A stretch of DNA of 64,000 bases from an uncultured Gemmatimonadaceae bacterium (GTDB lineage Bacteria > Gemmatimonadota > Gemmatimonadetes > Gemmatimonadales > Gemmatimonadaceae): NCBI GenBank assembly GCA_963740355.1, contig CAVUDW010000003.1, positions 224,001 to 288,000 of the forward strand. The letters are read 5' to 3'. The translations under genes were made by a program, and so were the position numbers. Each line of letters starts with the position of its first letter. Positions within the stretch are counted from its first letter, which is position 1. The notes beneath the pieces were generated by a model. It did no database searches, had not been told where the DNA came from, and saw only the letters and a program-made list of their open reading frames with translations. Below, piece after piece: positions 48,546-61,287 of this stretch.

Positions 48546-51470
48546 TCAGGGGTTCCTCACGTCACGTGGCTGAATGTCGTGCGGCCGGGGGGCATGTGGC
48601 GAAACGTCGCGTGGTTCCGGTGCAGGTTCCAGGGCGGCGTCCAGCACGACATCGACCGCTCCGCCCACGACAGGGGGCCGGAATGCACCACGCTCCCACG
48701 GCAAGCGAAATCCTGCAGCCCGCAGTTCTGGCATGGTGATGTAGCGCACACGAGTAATTGTATTGCTTGCGACCTGCAAAATGCGGAATCCCTGGAAGTT
48801 CGGACCAGGAACATCGGCATTCGTGTCCTTGTCCGCGCGTGTATTACTCCCCGGTCCGAGCGCCGCGGTCTGCACCACCACCGGCGCGTGTGCGCGCCAC
48901 CATTCTGCCGGCGTTGACGCGCTGGCCAGCGGCGAGGCATAGGGTGGCACGTTGAACGTGGAGAGGTCCTTCCAGACTGCACCAGGGCGATTGTCGGTGA
49001 TCTGGTGCACGGCGCCGGTCACCGGTGCCCCCGCTTCGACTGGCACGAGGTATCGACGCGCTGCGTCCTTGACCCACCACTTGTCGCCGGCCAGGCGCAT
49101 CGGGTAGTAGCTGGGGGGATTCTCTAGATAGTGATCGGTGTAAAACTCCACCTTGGAGGCCTGTGCATTCCATCGCAGGCGATAGTCGAATCGGCGATGC
49201 CCGTGTCCGCTGAGGACGAGGGTCACCGGCCGGGCGCCTGACGCACCGGCAAACAGCTTGACCAGCTCCTCCTGCTGGCCAATCGCAATGCCGTAGTCGA
49301 GCAGGTCTTCCACCGTGCCGATGTGGAAATACGGGGTGCCGTTGCGCGGCCAGGAGGCGTGCGCGGTGAGCGCGGTCGGCAGCGGCAGGCCGTTGGGAGC
49401 GACGACGCCGGCCGGCGCGACGCGACGCAGAAAAGCCGTCACCTGCTTCACGTCAGCGACGCCATGCATCGTCTCGCGAAAGTGTGCCAGCATCTCGTTG
49501 TTCATCGGGTTCAGCGGCGGCGCGTGCATGCCGACGACGACGAACCCGGCCGCACCCGCCTGCCCGATCGCCCGTTGCAGCAGCGCCAGCTCACCTGTGT
49601 CGATCCCCACCGAGTCTGGACTTCCCGCCATGAAGTTCTCCGAGCTCTCCGTGCCGAAACCGAGCTTCGTGATCAAGCCATCAGTCACCGACGTCGTGAT
49701 GTCCTTGTCATGCCGGGTATCGAGCATCACCACACGATTGATGCCGAATGGCACCGTGTACGAGCGACGTCGGTTCAGCCGTCGGAAGTAGTAGTGGGTG
49801 CCATCTCGCATCGCCGGATCCACCAGCACGCTCTTCGCGGCCACCTCCGGCTTGAGCACGGGGATGTAGTACGACGGGTCGTTGCGCCGACGGAGGCCGA
49901 TCAGCCGCTGCGCTTCCGGGGCGGTGACGTTCAGGCCCTGATACTGACGTTGCGTGTCCTGCAGGCCAAGCGAGAGGGCGGCGATCGGATCGACCAGCGG
50001 AATGAGACCGAGCCCCGGGATGGCGTCGATGATGTTTCCCACGCCGTCGAACAGGTCCTCGAGCGCATCGCCGATGAACGGGATCTCGCCGAGGATCGAG
50101 CCGGTCGAGATCTTCACCTTGAACAGCAACGGATACGGGTTGGCGCGATAGTCGTGATTACCGAGTGAGGTGAACACCGGCACCCGCAACGCTTCACTCG
50201 GCGGAGACTCCCTGTCCGGTGAAGGCGCCTGCCCGCGCACGAGGTTCTCGAAGAGCCGGAAGTTTCCTGGCCCGTGTGGATGATCACCCACCTCGCGGAC
50301 GTAGTCGACCAGATCACCGGTGGCGAGGATCGCATCCAGCAAGCCAGCCGAGTGCAAGTGATTGGCGTATCGGATGAAGTCACGAAACGCGTCGTTCCAG
50401 TTGTTGAGCAACGCGATGTTGTCCTCGGCAACACCCGCGGCGCGCAGCGTCTTCCGATACGACTCGATCCGTCGACTGATGTGCAGGTCGGTAATGTGCG
50501 CGAGGTTGAATGTCGCCCAGTCGGAGCGCGCGTACACGCAGTGGGGCGAGATCACGATCGGGGCACGCCCGGGGCTGCGCAATGCCAGTGAATAGAGCGT
50601 CCGGCGGACGAGTGGCGAACCCGCATCGGCTACGACGCCGCCAGCGACCTCGAGGCCGGTGACGACGCGCGCGAGAACACCACCACCATCCATGGGATGC
50701 GGCGCGTGTGCCGTGAAGTCGAGGAGCCGCTCCGTTCCCGATCCCAGCGCACGCGCCGATGGCGCCAGCTCGACCGTCGCCTGTGATGGCGCGCCAGCGA
50801 TCGGCACGAGCACGAGTCGATCGCGCCAGAGATCGGCGGCCAGCGTCGGATGTGAATCGAGCGCCGCAATCGCACCCGAGAAGCGCACCCACTGCGTGAA
50901 GACTGGCTGCTGCGGATCGACGAGCTGTGGGCAGCCCAGCTGTGGCGCGATCAACACGCCGATGAGCACTGCGTCACTCCCATCGGCGTGCCAGAGCACA
51001 CCACGCTCGAACCAGGCGGCACTGCCACCGCTCAGTCGTGTCACATCCAGCATCGGAGCGCCGAGCGCGCCGAGCACACCACCAAGGGAGCGCCATGCAT
51101 TGAAGAGGGGGCCGAACAGCCGGACACCACCCGTTCCCGGCACCCACGCAATCGTTCCCCACTCGAAATTCGAGACGGGATATTCGCCGTCGTCGCTGGC
51201 GTGTTCATCACTGGTGGGATACCCAAGTTCCCGCACACCGGTCGCGGGATTCGCACCAGGCCCACCGCCGTTCAGGTACCGCGTGAGGATCCCGCCATGC
51301 ACCTCGAATGCACCGGTGTTTGCATGCCAGTAGATGTTGCCGCGCGCATATCGTCGCACGAATCCGCCGGAGCCTGAAGCGGTCAGCGGGGCGAGCGCAT
51401 TCCCGAGATCGAGGCCACGATTGCGCAGTGCGTGATAGTGCCCATCAACTGCCTGAGCCGGCGTTGGCAT
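48546..51470 (-). CDS. LGFP-repeat / calcineurin-like metallophosphoesterase fusion
   Basis: N-terminal LGFP-like repeats (FEVHGGILTRY..LGYPTSDE, LGAPMLD..FERG). Metallophosphoesterase motifs TDLH, TGDLVD, LGNHD, MHAPP and SGHGH. Start reassigned to ATG 51470, with a GGGGGA RBS. Confidence 0.75.
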   Translation of the reverse strand: MPTPAQAVDGHYHALRNRGLDLGNALAPLTASGSGGFVRRYARGNIYWHANTGAFEVHGGILTRYLNGGGPGANPATGVRELGYPTSDEHASDDGEYPVSNFEWGTIAWVPGTGGVRLFGPLFNAWRSLGGVLGALGAPMLDVTRLSGGSAAWFERGVLWHADGSDAVLIGVLIAPQLGCPQLVDPQQPVFTQWVRFSGAIAALDSHPTLAADLWRDRLVLVPIAGAPSQATVELAPSARALGSGTERLLDFTAHAPHPMDGGGVLARVVTGLEVAGGVVADAGSPLVRRTLYSLALRSPGRAPIVISPHCVYARSDWATFNLAHITDLHISRRIESYRKTLRAAGVAEDNIALLNNWNDAFRDFIRYANHLHSAGLLDAILATGDLVDYVREVGDHPHGPGNFRLFENLVRGQAPSPDRESPPSEALRVPVFTSLGNHDYRANPYPLLFKVKISTGSILGEIPFIGDALEDLFDGVGNIIDAIPGLGLIPLVDPIAALSLGLQDTQRQYQGLNVTAPEAQRLIGLRRRNDPSYYIPVLKPEVAAKSVLVDPAMRDGTHYYFRRLNRRRSYTVPFGINRVVMLDTRHDKDITTSVTDGLITKLGFGTESSENFMAGSPDSVGIDTGELALLQRAIGQAGAAGFVVVGMHAPPLNPMNNEMLAHFRETMHGVADVKQVTAFLRRVAPAGVVAPNGLPLPTALTAHASWPRNGTPYFHIGTVEDLLDYGIAIGQQEELVKLFAGASGARPVTLVLSGHGHRRFDYRLRWNAQASKVEFYTDHYLENPPSYYPMRLAGDKWWVKDAARRYLVPVEAGAPVTGAVHQITDNRPGAVWKDLSTFNVPPYASPLASASTPAEWWRAHAPVVVQTAALGPGSNTRADKDTNADVPGPNFQGFRILQVASNTITRVRYITMPELRAAGFRLPWERGAFRPPVVGGAVDVVLDAALEPAPEPRDVSPHAPRPHDIQPRDVRNP

Positions 51471-51584
51471 CGGATCCCCCCGGCGGTGACCGCCGTGTCT
51501 CGGAGCGTCGCGCGAAGAAATTGCAGCGTGTGCCAGTTCAACGCCGGCCACAGTGCAATTCTCTCGCGTGCGCTGCTACACGCA

Positions 51585-51617
51585 ACAACGCCGACGCTGT
51601 CAGGGCGTCGGCGTTGT
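51585..51617. terminator. Perfect 13-bp hairpin, possible terminator of the upstream minus-strand gene
   Basis: acaacgccgacgc-tgtcagg-gcgtcggcgttgt. No clear U tract. Confidence 0.4.
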
Positions 51618-51699
51618 CGCACGGCAGTTCGCGAGATGCGATGCACCGCGCCTTGCGGTCACCAGACTCGACGGGCGCACACGACGCATCGGCGTCACG

Positions 51700-52218
51700 T
51701 CAAAACGCACGCCCGATCGAGATCCGCGCGGTCGGCAGCGTCAAACTTGCACCGCTGACTTCGGTTCCCAGTGCGATCAGCCGTCGCGCACCAGTACCCA
51801 GCGTCACGGCAAATCGCTTGCGCGGTCCGAGCAACCACTGGTAGTCGAGGGCAAAGCCGATCGACGCTGCGGTCCCGGATTCATTCGGCTCGGTGTCACG
51901 CGTCCCGATCTGCGTCAGTCCCGCAGTGACGCCGACGCCAAAACCCTCGAGCGCCTTCTCCTGCGGATAGTACCGGTACTTGACCTCACCCGAGAGGTAC
52001 GAGAAGAGCTCCGGCCGGTAGAGTGCTCCGCTCACCCCCCACGAGCTACTCGGCGAAATCTTGCGTTCATACTCGGCCCCGAAGACGCCGAAGACGAGGC
52101 TGATCGGCGAGATGCTGACCACCTGCGAAACCGGCTTCACATCCTGGGCGGCGGCAAGTGATGGCAGGGCCACACCAAGCGCTGCGACAAGGAACGAGCG
52201 GCGTGCACGAGCGAGCAT
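51700..52218 (-). CDS. Small outer-membrane beta-barrel protein (DUF3575-like)
   Basis: Signal peptide (AAA|Q), GAEYER, KYRYYP, alternating beta strands and C-terminal SIGRAF. Confidence 0.6.
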   Translation of the reverse strand: MLARARRSFLVAALGVALPSLAAAQDVKPVSQVVSISPISLVFGVFGAEYERKISPSSSWGVSGALYRPELFSYLSGEVKYRYYPQEKALEGFGVGVTAGLTQIGTRDTEPNESGTAASIGFALDYQWLLGPRKRFAVTLGTGARRLIALGTEVSGASLTLPTARISIGRAF

Positions 52219-52362
52219 GATTGTGTCTCTGGAGTGTCGCTGGAAGGCAGTCTCGAGTGAACGAACCACCCGGGATGTAACTGGGGCATCCACGCTGTCA
52301 AGCGAGGCACACGCAAGTCGCGATGATTGCGCGATGGAGACTCTCCACGCATGGTTCCGGGC

Positions 52363-53044
52363 ATGAAGACCATCCTCCCGCATCGTGCGATCGTTGCTGC
52401 GCTGGCCATCGCCAGCGCCATTCCATGCTCAGTGCTTTCAGCGCAAGCCGCTGCACCGCCCCGGGCGCGGCCGGCGGGATGGACGGTGCGTCCGGACGGC
52501 GGTGGCATGGATCACGGTGATGCCACGCGTGTCGACCTGCTCGAGATGAAGCCCGGCTTTCACGTCACGACTGGGTCCGGCAGCGATCCTGTTCGACAGC
52601 ACACAGCGTGCGAGCGGTGACTGGCGCATCGAGGCCACGATCCATCTCTTCAATCCGGGCGCGCGCGCGGAAGGCTTCGGGGTGTTCTTCGGCGGCCGTG
52701 ACCTCAATGGTGCCACCCCGCATTACAGCTATGCGCTGGTGCGACGTGATGGCAAGGCGATGCTCAAGGTGCGCGACGGTGCATCGACGCGCACCGTGCG
52801 CGATTGGGCCGCTAACGGTGCCATCCCGGTGTGGAAGGACGCTGCAGCCGCCGGCGCCAGCGTGCGCTATCCGCTGGTTGTGGAAGCGCGCGGTGATCGG
52901 GTCTCGATGTGGATTGGTGCCACGCAGATCCTCGACGCTGCTCGCACCGAGCTACCCACCGATGGCATCGTGGGGCTGCGCGTGAATCACTCGCTCAACC
53001 TGCACGTGGAGAGCCTTCGGGTCGCCGCGCTCCCGAAGCGATAG
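52363..53044 (+). pseudogene. Secreted beta-sandwich hypothetical protein with +1 frameshift near 52574
   Basis: The signal-peptide ORF joins ORF 52682..53044 if one G is removed from actGGGtccg, giving HVTTGPAAILFD. C-terminal DGIVGLRVNH. Confidence 0.6.
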
Positions 53045-53063
53045 TCCGAGGCGCTCTCGGCCC

Positions 53064-54618
53064 TCAATCGCTCGAAGCGGCCAATGAGGCATTCACCGGA
53101 AAGTGCAGCGGCAGGCTGACGACGAACTGGCTTCCGGTTCCGATGCCCTCGCTTCGCGCCTCGACGGTGCCGCCATGCGCCAGCACCAACTCGTGCACCA
53201 CATTCAGCCCGATACCCAGGCCGACACCGTTGAAGCCCACGGCCTGATGGTCCTGGAAGAACAGGTCGAAGACGCCATGCAGCGCGAGCGGGAGCGATTC
53301 CGATCCCAGAGTCGGTCACGGAGATGACGGCGTGCGTCGGCGTGGTAGAAAGCTCGAGGCTGAGATCGCCGCCGTCAGGCGTGTACTTCGATGCGTTGTC
53401 GAGCAGGTTGGTCACGACCTGCACCAGCCGCACGCTGTCTCCCTCGATCACGATCGGTAACGTCGGCAACGTGAGCGAGAACTTCTGCAAGCGCAGGTCC
53501 ATTGCAGGGCGGCAGGCGTCGACCGCGAAGGCGATGACACTACCGAGTTGGACGGCTTCGCGCTCGAGGCGCAGCTTGCCGGTGTGCGCACGCGAAACAT
53601 CCAGCAAATCGTCGATCAGCCGCGCCATGTGGACTACCTGGCGTTCGATGATGCCCTGCAGGCGCGGCAGGATGGAGTCGTTGGAACCAACGCGTTCCAG
53701 CAGCGCAGAAACATTCCGCATCGGAGCGAGCGGACTGCGGAGCTCGTGTGCCAGCATGGCCATGAATTCCGTCTGTCGACGTTGTGCGTCCTCCACGATG
53801 GCCTGCGTGTCGCGTGCCCGTAGGACGGTGAGCACCAGTTCCTGGTTCGCTTCGCGCAGTTCATCGTTGCGCCGCTGCTGTTCCGCAATCACCTCGTCGT
53901 AGCGGATGACTGGCCGCTGCAGGACGGCCACGGTGTCGGGGGCCAGCACCAGTTCGCCGGCCACCTCGTCGCCGTGAAACGCATACGTGCCCACTCCCCT
54001 GTGTCGGGCGCGGTACATGGCGGCATCCGCCTGCGCAATCAGCACGTCGATCTCGGATCCGTCATCGGGGAAGATGCTGATGCCGATGCTGGCGCCCAGG
54101 CGAACGACGTGCTCGTTGATCAGGAATGGTGCACCGAGCGTCAGGCCGATCTGCTCGCCGATGCGGGCCAGCCCGGCGCGTTCACTGACGTCGGTGATGA
54201 GGAGCACGAACTCGTCCCCTCCATACCGGCAAACGGTATCCGCAGCGCGTACCGAGGCCGTCAGGCACTCGGCTGCACGGTGCAACGCCGCATCGCCAAT
54301 CGTGTGACCAAGCGTATCGTTGATCTGCTTGAAGTTGTTGAGATCGACGAACATCACTGCCAGCCGCGAATTGTGACGGCGGGCGGCTGCAGCGGCCTGC
54401 GTGAAGCGATCCCGCATCAGCGTCCGGTTCGGGAGCGACGTGAGTGCGTCGAGATCGGCCAGACGCGCGACATCCTGCAGCTTGCGTGCCGAGGCTTCAC
54501 TGTCGAGCTGCGCCCGGACCGCCGCCAGCACCAACTGCTCGTTGACGTCACGCATCTTCGCGAACATCCGGGACATCCGGCTGTTCGCCTCGTCATGGCC
54601 TTCCGGCGTCGCCTTCAT
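53064..54618 (-). pseudogene. Diguanylate cyclase / histidine kinase fusion (GGDEF-HisKA-HATPase) with +1 frameshift near 53291
   Basis: DALTSLPNR, RYGGDEF, LAHELRSPL, NLLDNASKY and DSGIGI. Removing one C restores ALHGVFDLFFQ..GLGIGL..HGG..GSQFVVSLP, with the stop at 53064-53066. Confidence 0.8.
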
Positions 54619-54651
54619 GACGGCACGACGGGAGTTACCTGTTCGGCACGG

Positions 54652-56139
54652 TCATCCACTGGCCGGGCCGGAAACGTCGCGTGCCGGAGCGGTGCCTGGC
54701 TTCCGGGTAGGACGCCCACCGAGCAGGCCTTCCTGATCCGGGAGCATCTGGCCGATCACGATGCCTGAGTCATCGATCGTGAACTCGCGCAATTCATCGG
54801 AGTGCCGGCTGCCCCGCACCTTGACCACCGCCATGACGCGTCGCAGTCGGCTATCGACCTCGATGTAGCGTTGCACGATGATCGCATCGGTCATGAAGGC
54901 CGTGCCGTACGGACTGAATCGCAGGTCCGAGTACCGATCCTCGAGCTCGGACGTCAGCAGCACCGTCACGCCCTCGGCTGCGAGGGCCGCCACGAGGCGC
55001 GAGAGCGACTCGCGGAAGTCATCGCGGAATGTCGGCGCCAACGCCAGCTCGAATCCGGAGAGCGAATCGATCACGACGCGCTTCGCACCCAGCCGTCGAA
55101 TCTCCTCGATCAGCCGCAGCAGGATCTCATCGATCGACAGGTCGCGGGCGCCGGAGTCCACGACCGCCACGCGTCCGGCGGCCACCAGCTCGGCCAGCGC
55201 GTGATTGCTGCTCTGCCTCGGGTGCTGCTCGAAGATGGCGACGACGCCATTCTCGCCTCGCCGCGCCCCTTCGTTGAGGAATGCCGTCGCGAGAATGCTC
55301 TTTCCGGAGCCCGACGGCCCTGCGACCAGCAGAGAGAAACCCTGCGGCAGTCCGCCGCCGAGCATCTCATCCAGTTGTGGCACACCCATCGCAACGCGGA
55401 TGTCAGCAGCATCCGCCGCGCCGGTACTCGGCCTGGCGTATCCTGCTGACGCGAAGATCGTGATGCCCGTCTCCGTGATCCGGAACGTGTGCAGCCCGGG
55501 CAGCGTGGCCTGCCCACGCATCTTCATGATCTCGAGCTTGCGGACCATCGAGTTGCGCTCGACGCTCTGGCGCATCCAGATGATGCCATCAGCGACGGTG
55601 AACACCGGGTTCGAATCCGTCTCGCTGAAGTATTCGCCGATCAGGAAGGTCGTCGCCTGCCAGCTGGTCATCTGCACGCCCAGCTGCTGCACGAAGCCCT
55701 GCAACTTGGTGAGCGGGTTCCCCTCTGCTTCGCCCGCCATGATCACGGAGCGAAACGAATCGACGAACACCAATCCCGGCCCCGCCGCCTGCACCTCGGA
55801 CACGATGCGCTGCAGGACGCGATCGAGGTCGCCACCGATCGCATCTTCCGACAGGTTGATGAACCGGATCGACTTGTTGATTGCGTCGTTGTCGAAGAAG
55901 GCGAACTGCTGCTGGTAGCGCAGCATCTTCAGCGCCGGCTCGCCGAGCACCGTGAAGTAGAGCGCAGGGCGGTCCGGGGACGCGAGCGCGAACATGATCT
56001 GGTGCGCGAGCGTCGTCTTGCCGGACCCTGGTGGGCCGGCGATCAGGTTGAACGAGAACTCGGGCAATCCTCCGCCGAGCACTGTATCAAAACCCGGCAC
56101 CCCGGTGACGAGACGGGTGATCGTGGCTCGGGTTGTCAT
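54652..56139 (-). CDS. KaiC-like double-domain RecA-superfamily ATPase
   Basis: Two ATPase repeats: TGVPGFDTVLGGG / GPPGSGKT / VDS / KMRG and GVPQLDEMLGGG / GPSGSGKS / IDS / KVRGS. Confidence 0.9.
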   Translation of the reverse strand: MTTRATITRLVTGVPGFDTVLGGGLPEFSFNLIAGPPGSGKTTLAHQIMFALASPDRPALYFTVLGEPALKMLRYQQQFAFFDNDAINKSIRFINLSEDAIGGDLDRVLQRIVSEVQAAGPGLVFVDSFRSVIMAGEAEGNPLTKLQGFVQQLGVQMTSWQATTFLIGEYFSETDSNPVFTVADGIIWMRQSVERNSMVRKLEIMKMRGQATLPGLHTFRITETGITIFASAGYARPSTGAADAADIRVAMGVPQLDEMLGGGLPQGFSLLVAGPSGSGKSILATAFLNEGARRGENGVVAIFEQHPRQSSNHALAELVAAGRVAVVDSGARDLSIDEILLRLIEEIRRLGAKRVVIDSLSGFELALAPTFRDDFRESLSRLVAALAAEGVTVLLTSELEDRYSDLRFSPYGTAFMTDAIIVQRYIEVDSRLRRVMAVVKVRGSRHSDELREFTIDDSGIVIGQMLPDQEGLLGGRPTRKPGTAPARDVSGPASG

Positions 56140-56564
56140 GCGTTCGTGTCCTGTGCGGCAGGGCCGCGCTGTGGGATATCCCAGACGTTGCGCAGCAGTC
56201 GCGCAGTCAGGCCGGCTCCAACCATGCTGGTCAGCAGTCCGTCGAAGACCTCGAGCAGGGTGTGCCCGCCCGCGAGTGCCTCATCGGCCACCTGCGCGGC
56301 GACGGTGGCGCGCAGTGCTGACAGATTCATCGCGGTTTGCACACCGTCCGGGCCACCGCCGAGCCACGGGTGCGTCTTGCTGGCCAGAAAGAGGCTGCGA
56401 CCATGGAGGGCGGCAATGCCGCGAGTCCCAATGATCGGAGTCAGCTCGCGCTCGATTTCCGTCCAGATGGCGACGACGGTATCGGCCACCTGCGTGGAGC
56501 CTGCGCCGGTATCGGCGCGGCGGACAAAGGCCATCGCTATCTGACAACCCTGATGGCTATCCAT
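56136..56564 (-). CDS. Small helical hypothetical protein translationally coupled to the KaiC-like ATPase
   Basis: 142-aa ORF with ATGA overlap onto the ATPase start. Pseudo-repeated helices ELTPIIGTRG and LLTSMVGAGL. Confidence 0.7.
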   Translation of the reverse strand: MDSHQGCQIAMAFVRRADTGAGSTQVADTVVAIWTEIERELTPIIGTRGIAALHGRSLFLASKTHPWLGGGPDGVQTAMNLSALRATVAAQVADEALAGGHTLLEVFDGLLTSMVGAGLTARLLRNVWDIPQRGPAAQDTNA

Positions 56565-56700
56565 TGTCTCGCAAAGCGAAAGCGTGCCGCGGAACGATCC
56601 AGATGATCAGCCTCCGTGTCGAGCACGCATTTCCAATGTATCACGCGGCGCCACTCTGATGTGGTGCGCGGAGAAGTGTGAATTCCTGCATTGGCGGCCA

Positions 56701-56730
56701 CTCATCTGGGCCTTGGGCCTCCCAGATGAG
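56701..56730. terminator. Hairpin downstream of the RND operon
   Basis: ctcatctggg..cccagatgag 10-bp perfect stem, about 20 nt after the DUF2892 stop. Confidence 0.4.
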
Positions 56731-56751
56731 CTCGCCAGCCACCGCCCGCTC

Positions 56752-56973
56752 CTAGCCTTCTGAGCTTCGCCCACCAGACCGCTCACAGCCGAACAGGCGG
56801 CCGGCGCCAAGCATTCGCTCCAAGGGGCAGAACCCCGTGAGGCTCGACTGCAACAAGTTGAAGCCGACGAACGCCGTGAAGAGATACCAGCCGGCATTCA
56901 CCCAGTAGCCAAGGGCCACTGAGACGAGGATGAACACGCCGGCAAACCGGCGGATGACGAGATCGGGACACAT
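56752..56973 (-). CDS. DUF2892/YgaP-family small membrane protein
   Basis: IRRFAG, two TMs and FVGFNLLQSSLTGFCPL. Confidence 0.85.
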   Translation of the reverse strand: MCPDLVIRRFAGVFILVSVALGYWVNAGWYLFTAFVGFNLLQSSLTGFCPLERMLGAGRLFGCERSGGRSSEG

Positions 56974-56980
56974 ATGAACC

Positions 56981-60141
<3,161 letters not shown>

Positions 60142-60145
<4 letters not shown>

Positions 60146-61212
60146 GCGCCCGGCGCAGCCGACGCTGCGGCTGCAGGAATGACGATCGACTCACCAGCAC
60201 GAACCCCACTCGTGACTTCGATCAAGGCGCCGCGCGTCGCACCGAGTCGGATCCAGCGACGCTCGTCGCGCTCTGCACCGCGCACGATCACGCCCGTGAG
60301 ATCGCCATCGCGAACGATGGCTGCCATCGGCACGAGCACTGCGTGGCCTTCGCCGAGTGGCAGTGACAACGTCGCAGCGCTGCCGGCGCGAAAGAGGCGC
60401 TCGCGATTGGGGACCGTGGCGTTGATCGTGAACAAGTTGCCAGAGCCGCTGGGAACGACACCTTCGACGATCGCGGTGGTCGCCACGCCATCGATGTGCG
60501 CCTCGAGCCGCTGCCCGCGTCGGATCGAACGCACGGCGTCGCCAGCAGCACTGACGACGATTCGCAGCGTAGAGACATCCTGCACGATCAGCAGTGGAGC
60601 GCCGGGCGCGGCGAAGCTACCCGGATCGGCCATCCGCGCAGTCACGATGCCTGCAAAGGGGGCACGCACGGTCGCGTAACTGCTGATTGCCGCAACTTCT
60701 CCGGCCGCGGCGCGTGCGGCGCGTACCCCAGCATCCGCGCGCGCGAGTCCGGTTTGTGCGGCGTCGAACTGCGCACGAGTTGCGGCGCTATCGGCGTACA
60801 ACGCCCGCATGCGCGAGGCTTGCGTTGCGGCCTCGGCCTGCATCGCTTCTGCATCCGTGATCGAGGCGGCGACCTGCGAGGCCTTGGCCGAGAGATCTCG
60901 TGCGTCGATCTGCAGCAGCACCTGTCCCTGCCGGACGACATCGCCCTCGTGCACTGCTACCGCCGTCACGGTGCCCATCAGCTTCGTGCTGATGGTGGCC
61001 TGCATCTGTGGCTCCGCGACCCCGGATGCTTCCAGCGTGCTCGCGATGACCGTATCGGCGAGCCGCAGCACCTGTCCAGGCGAACGCGCCGCCATGGCCG
61101 CTGGCGCGGCGTTCGTCTGCTCGGCACTGCCGCTGCACGCCGCCAGCGTCACTGCAGTGATCATCGCAACGGCGCCGCGTGTCATGGCATGGCGCATGGC
61201 TTGGGAATTCAT
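60142..61212 (-). CDS. RND periplasmic adaptor lipoprotein
   Basis: Lipobox LAAC, VHEGDVVRQGQVLLQID, VRAPFAG and VLVPMAAI. Confidence 0.9.
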
Positions 61213-61287
61213 ATCGATCAGTCCTGTCGTCGAGAGACGCAAATCAGCAGAAGAAGCGGAGGCGATGAAGGGAGGCATGAGTCAGCG

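Noticed and set aside
54652..56139. True circadian clock kaiC
   Set aside because: No kaiA or kaiB in the window and no Ser-Thr phosphosite pair, so it is called KaiC-like only.
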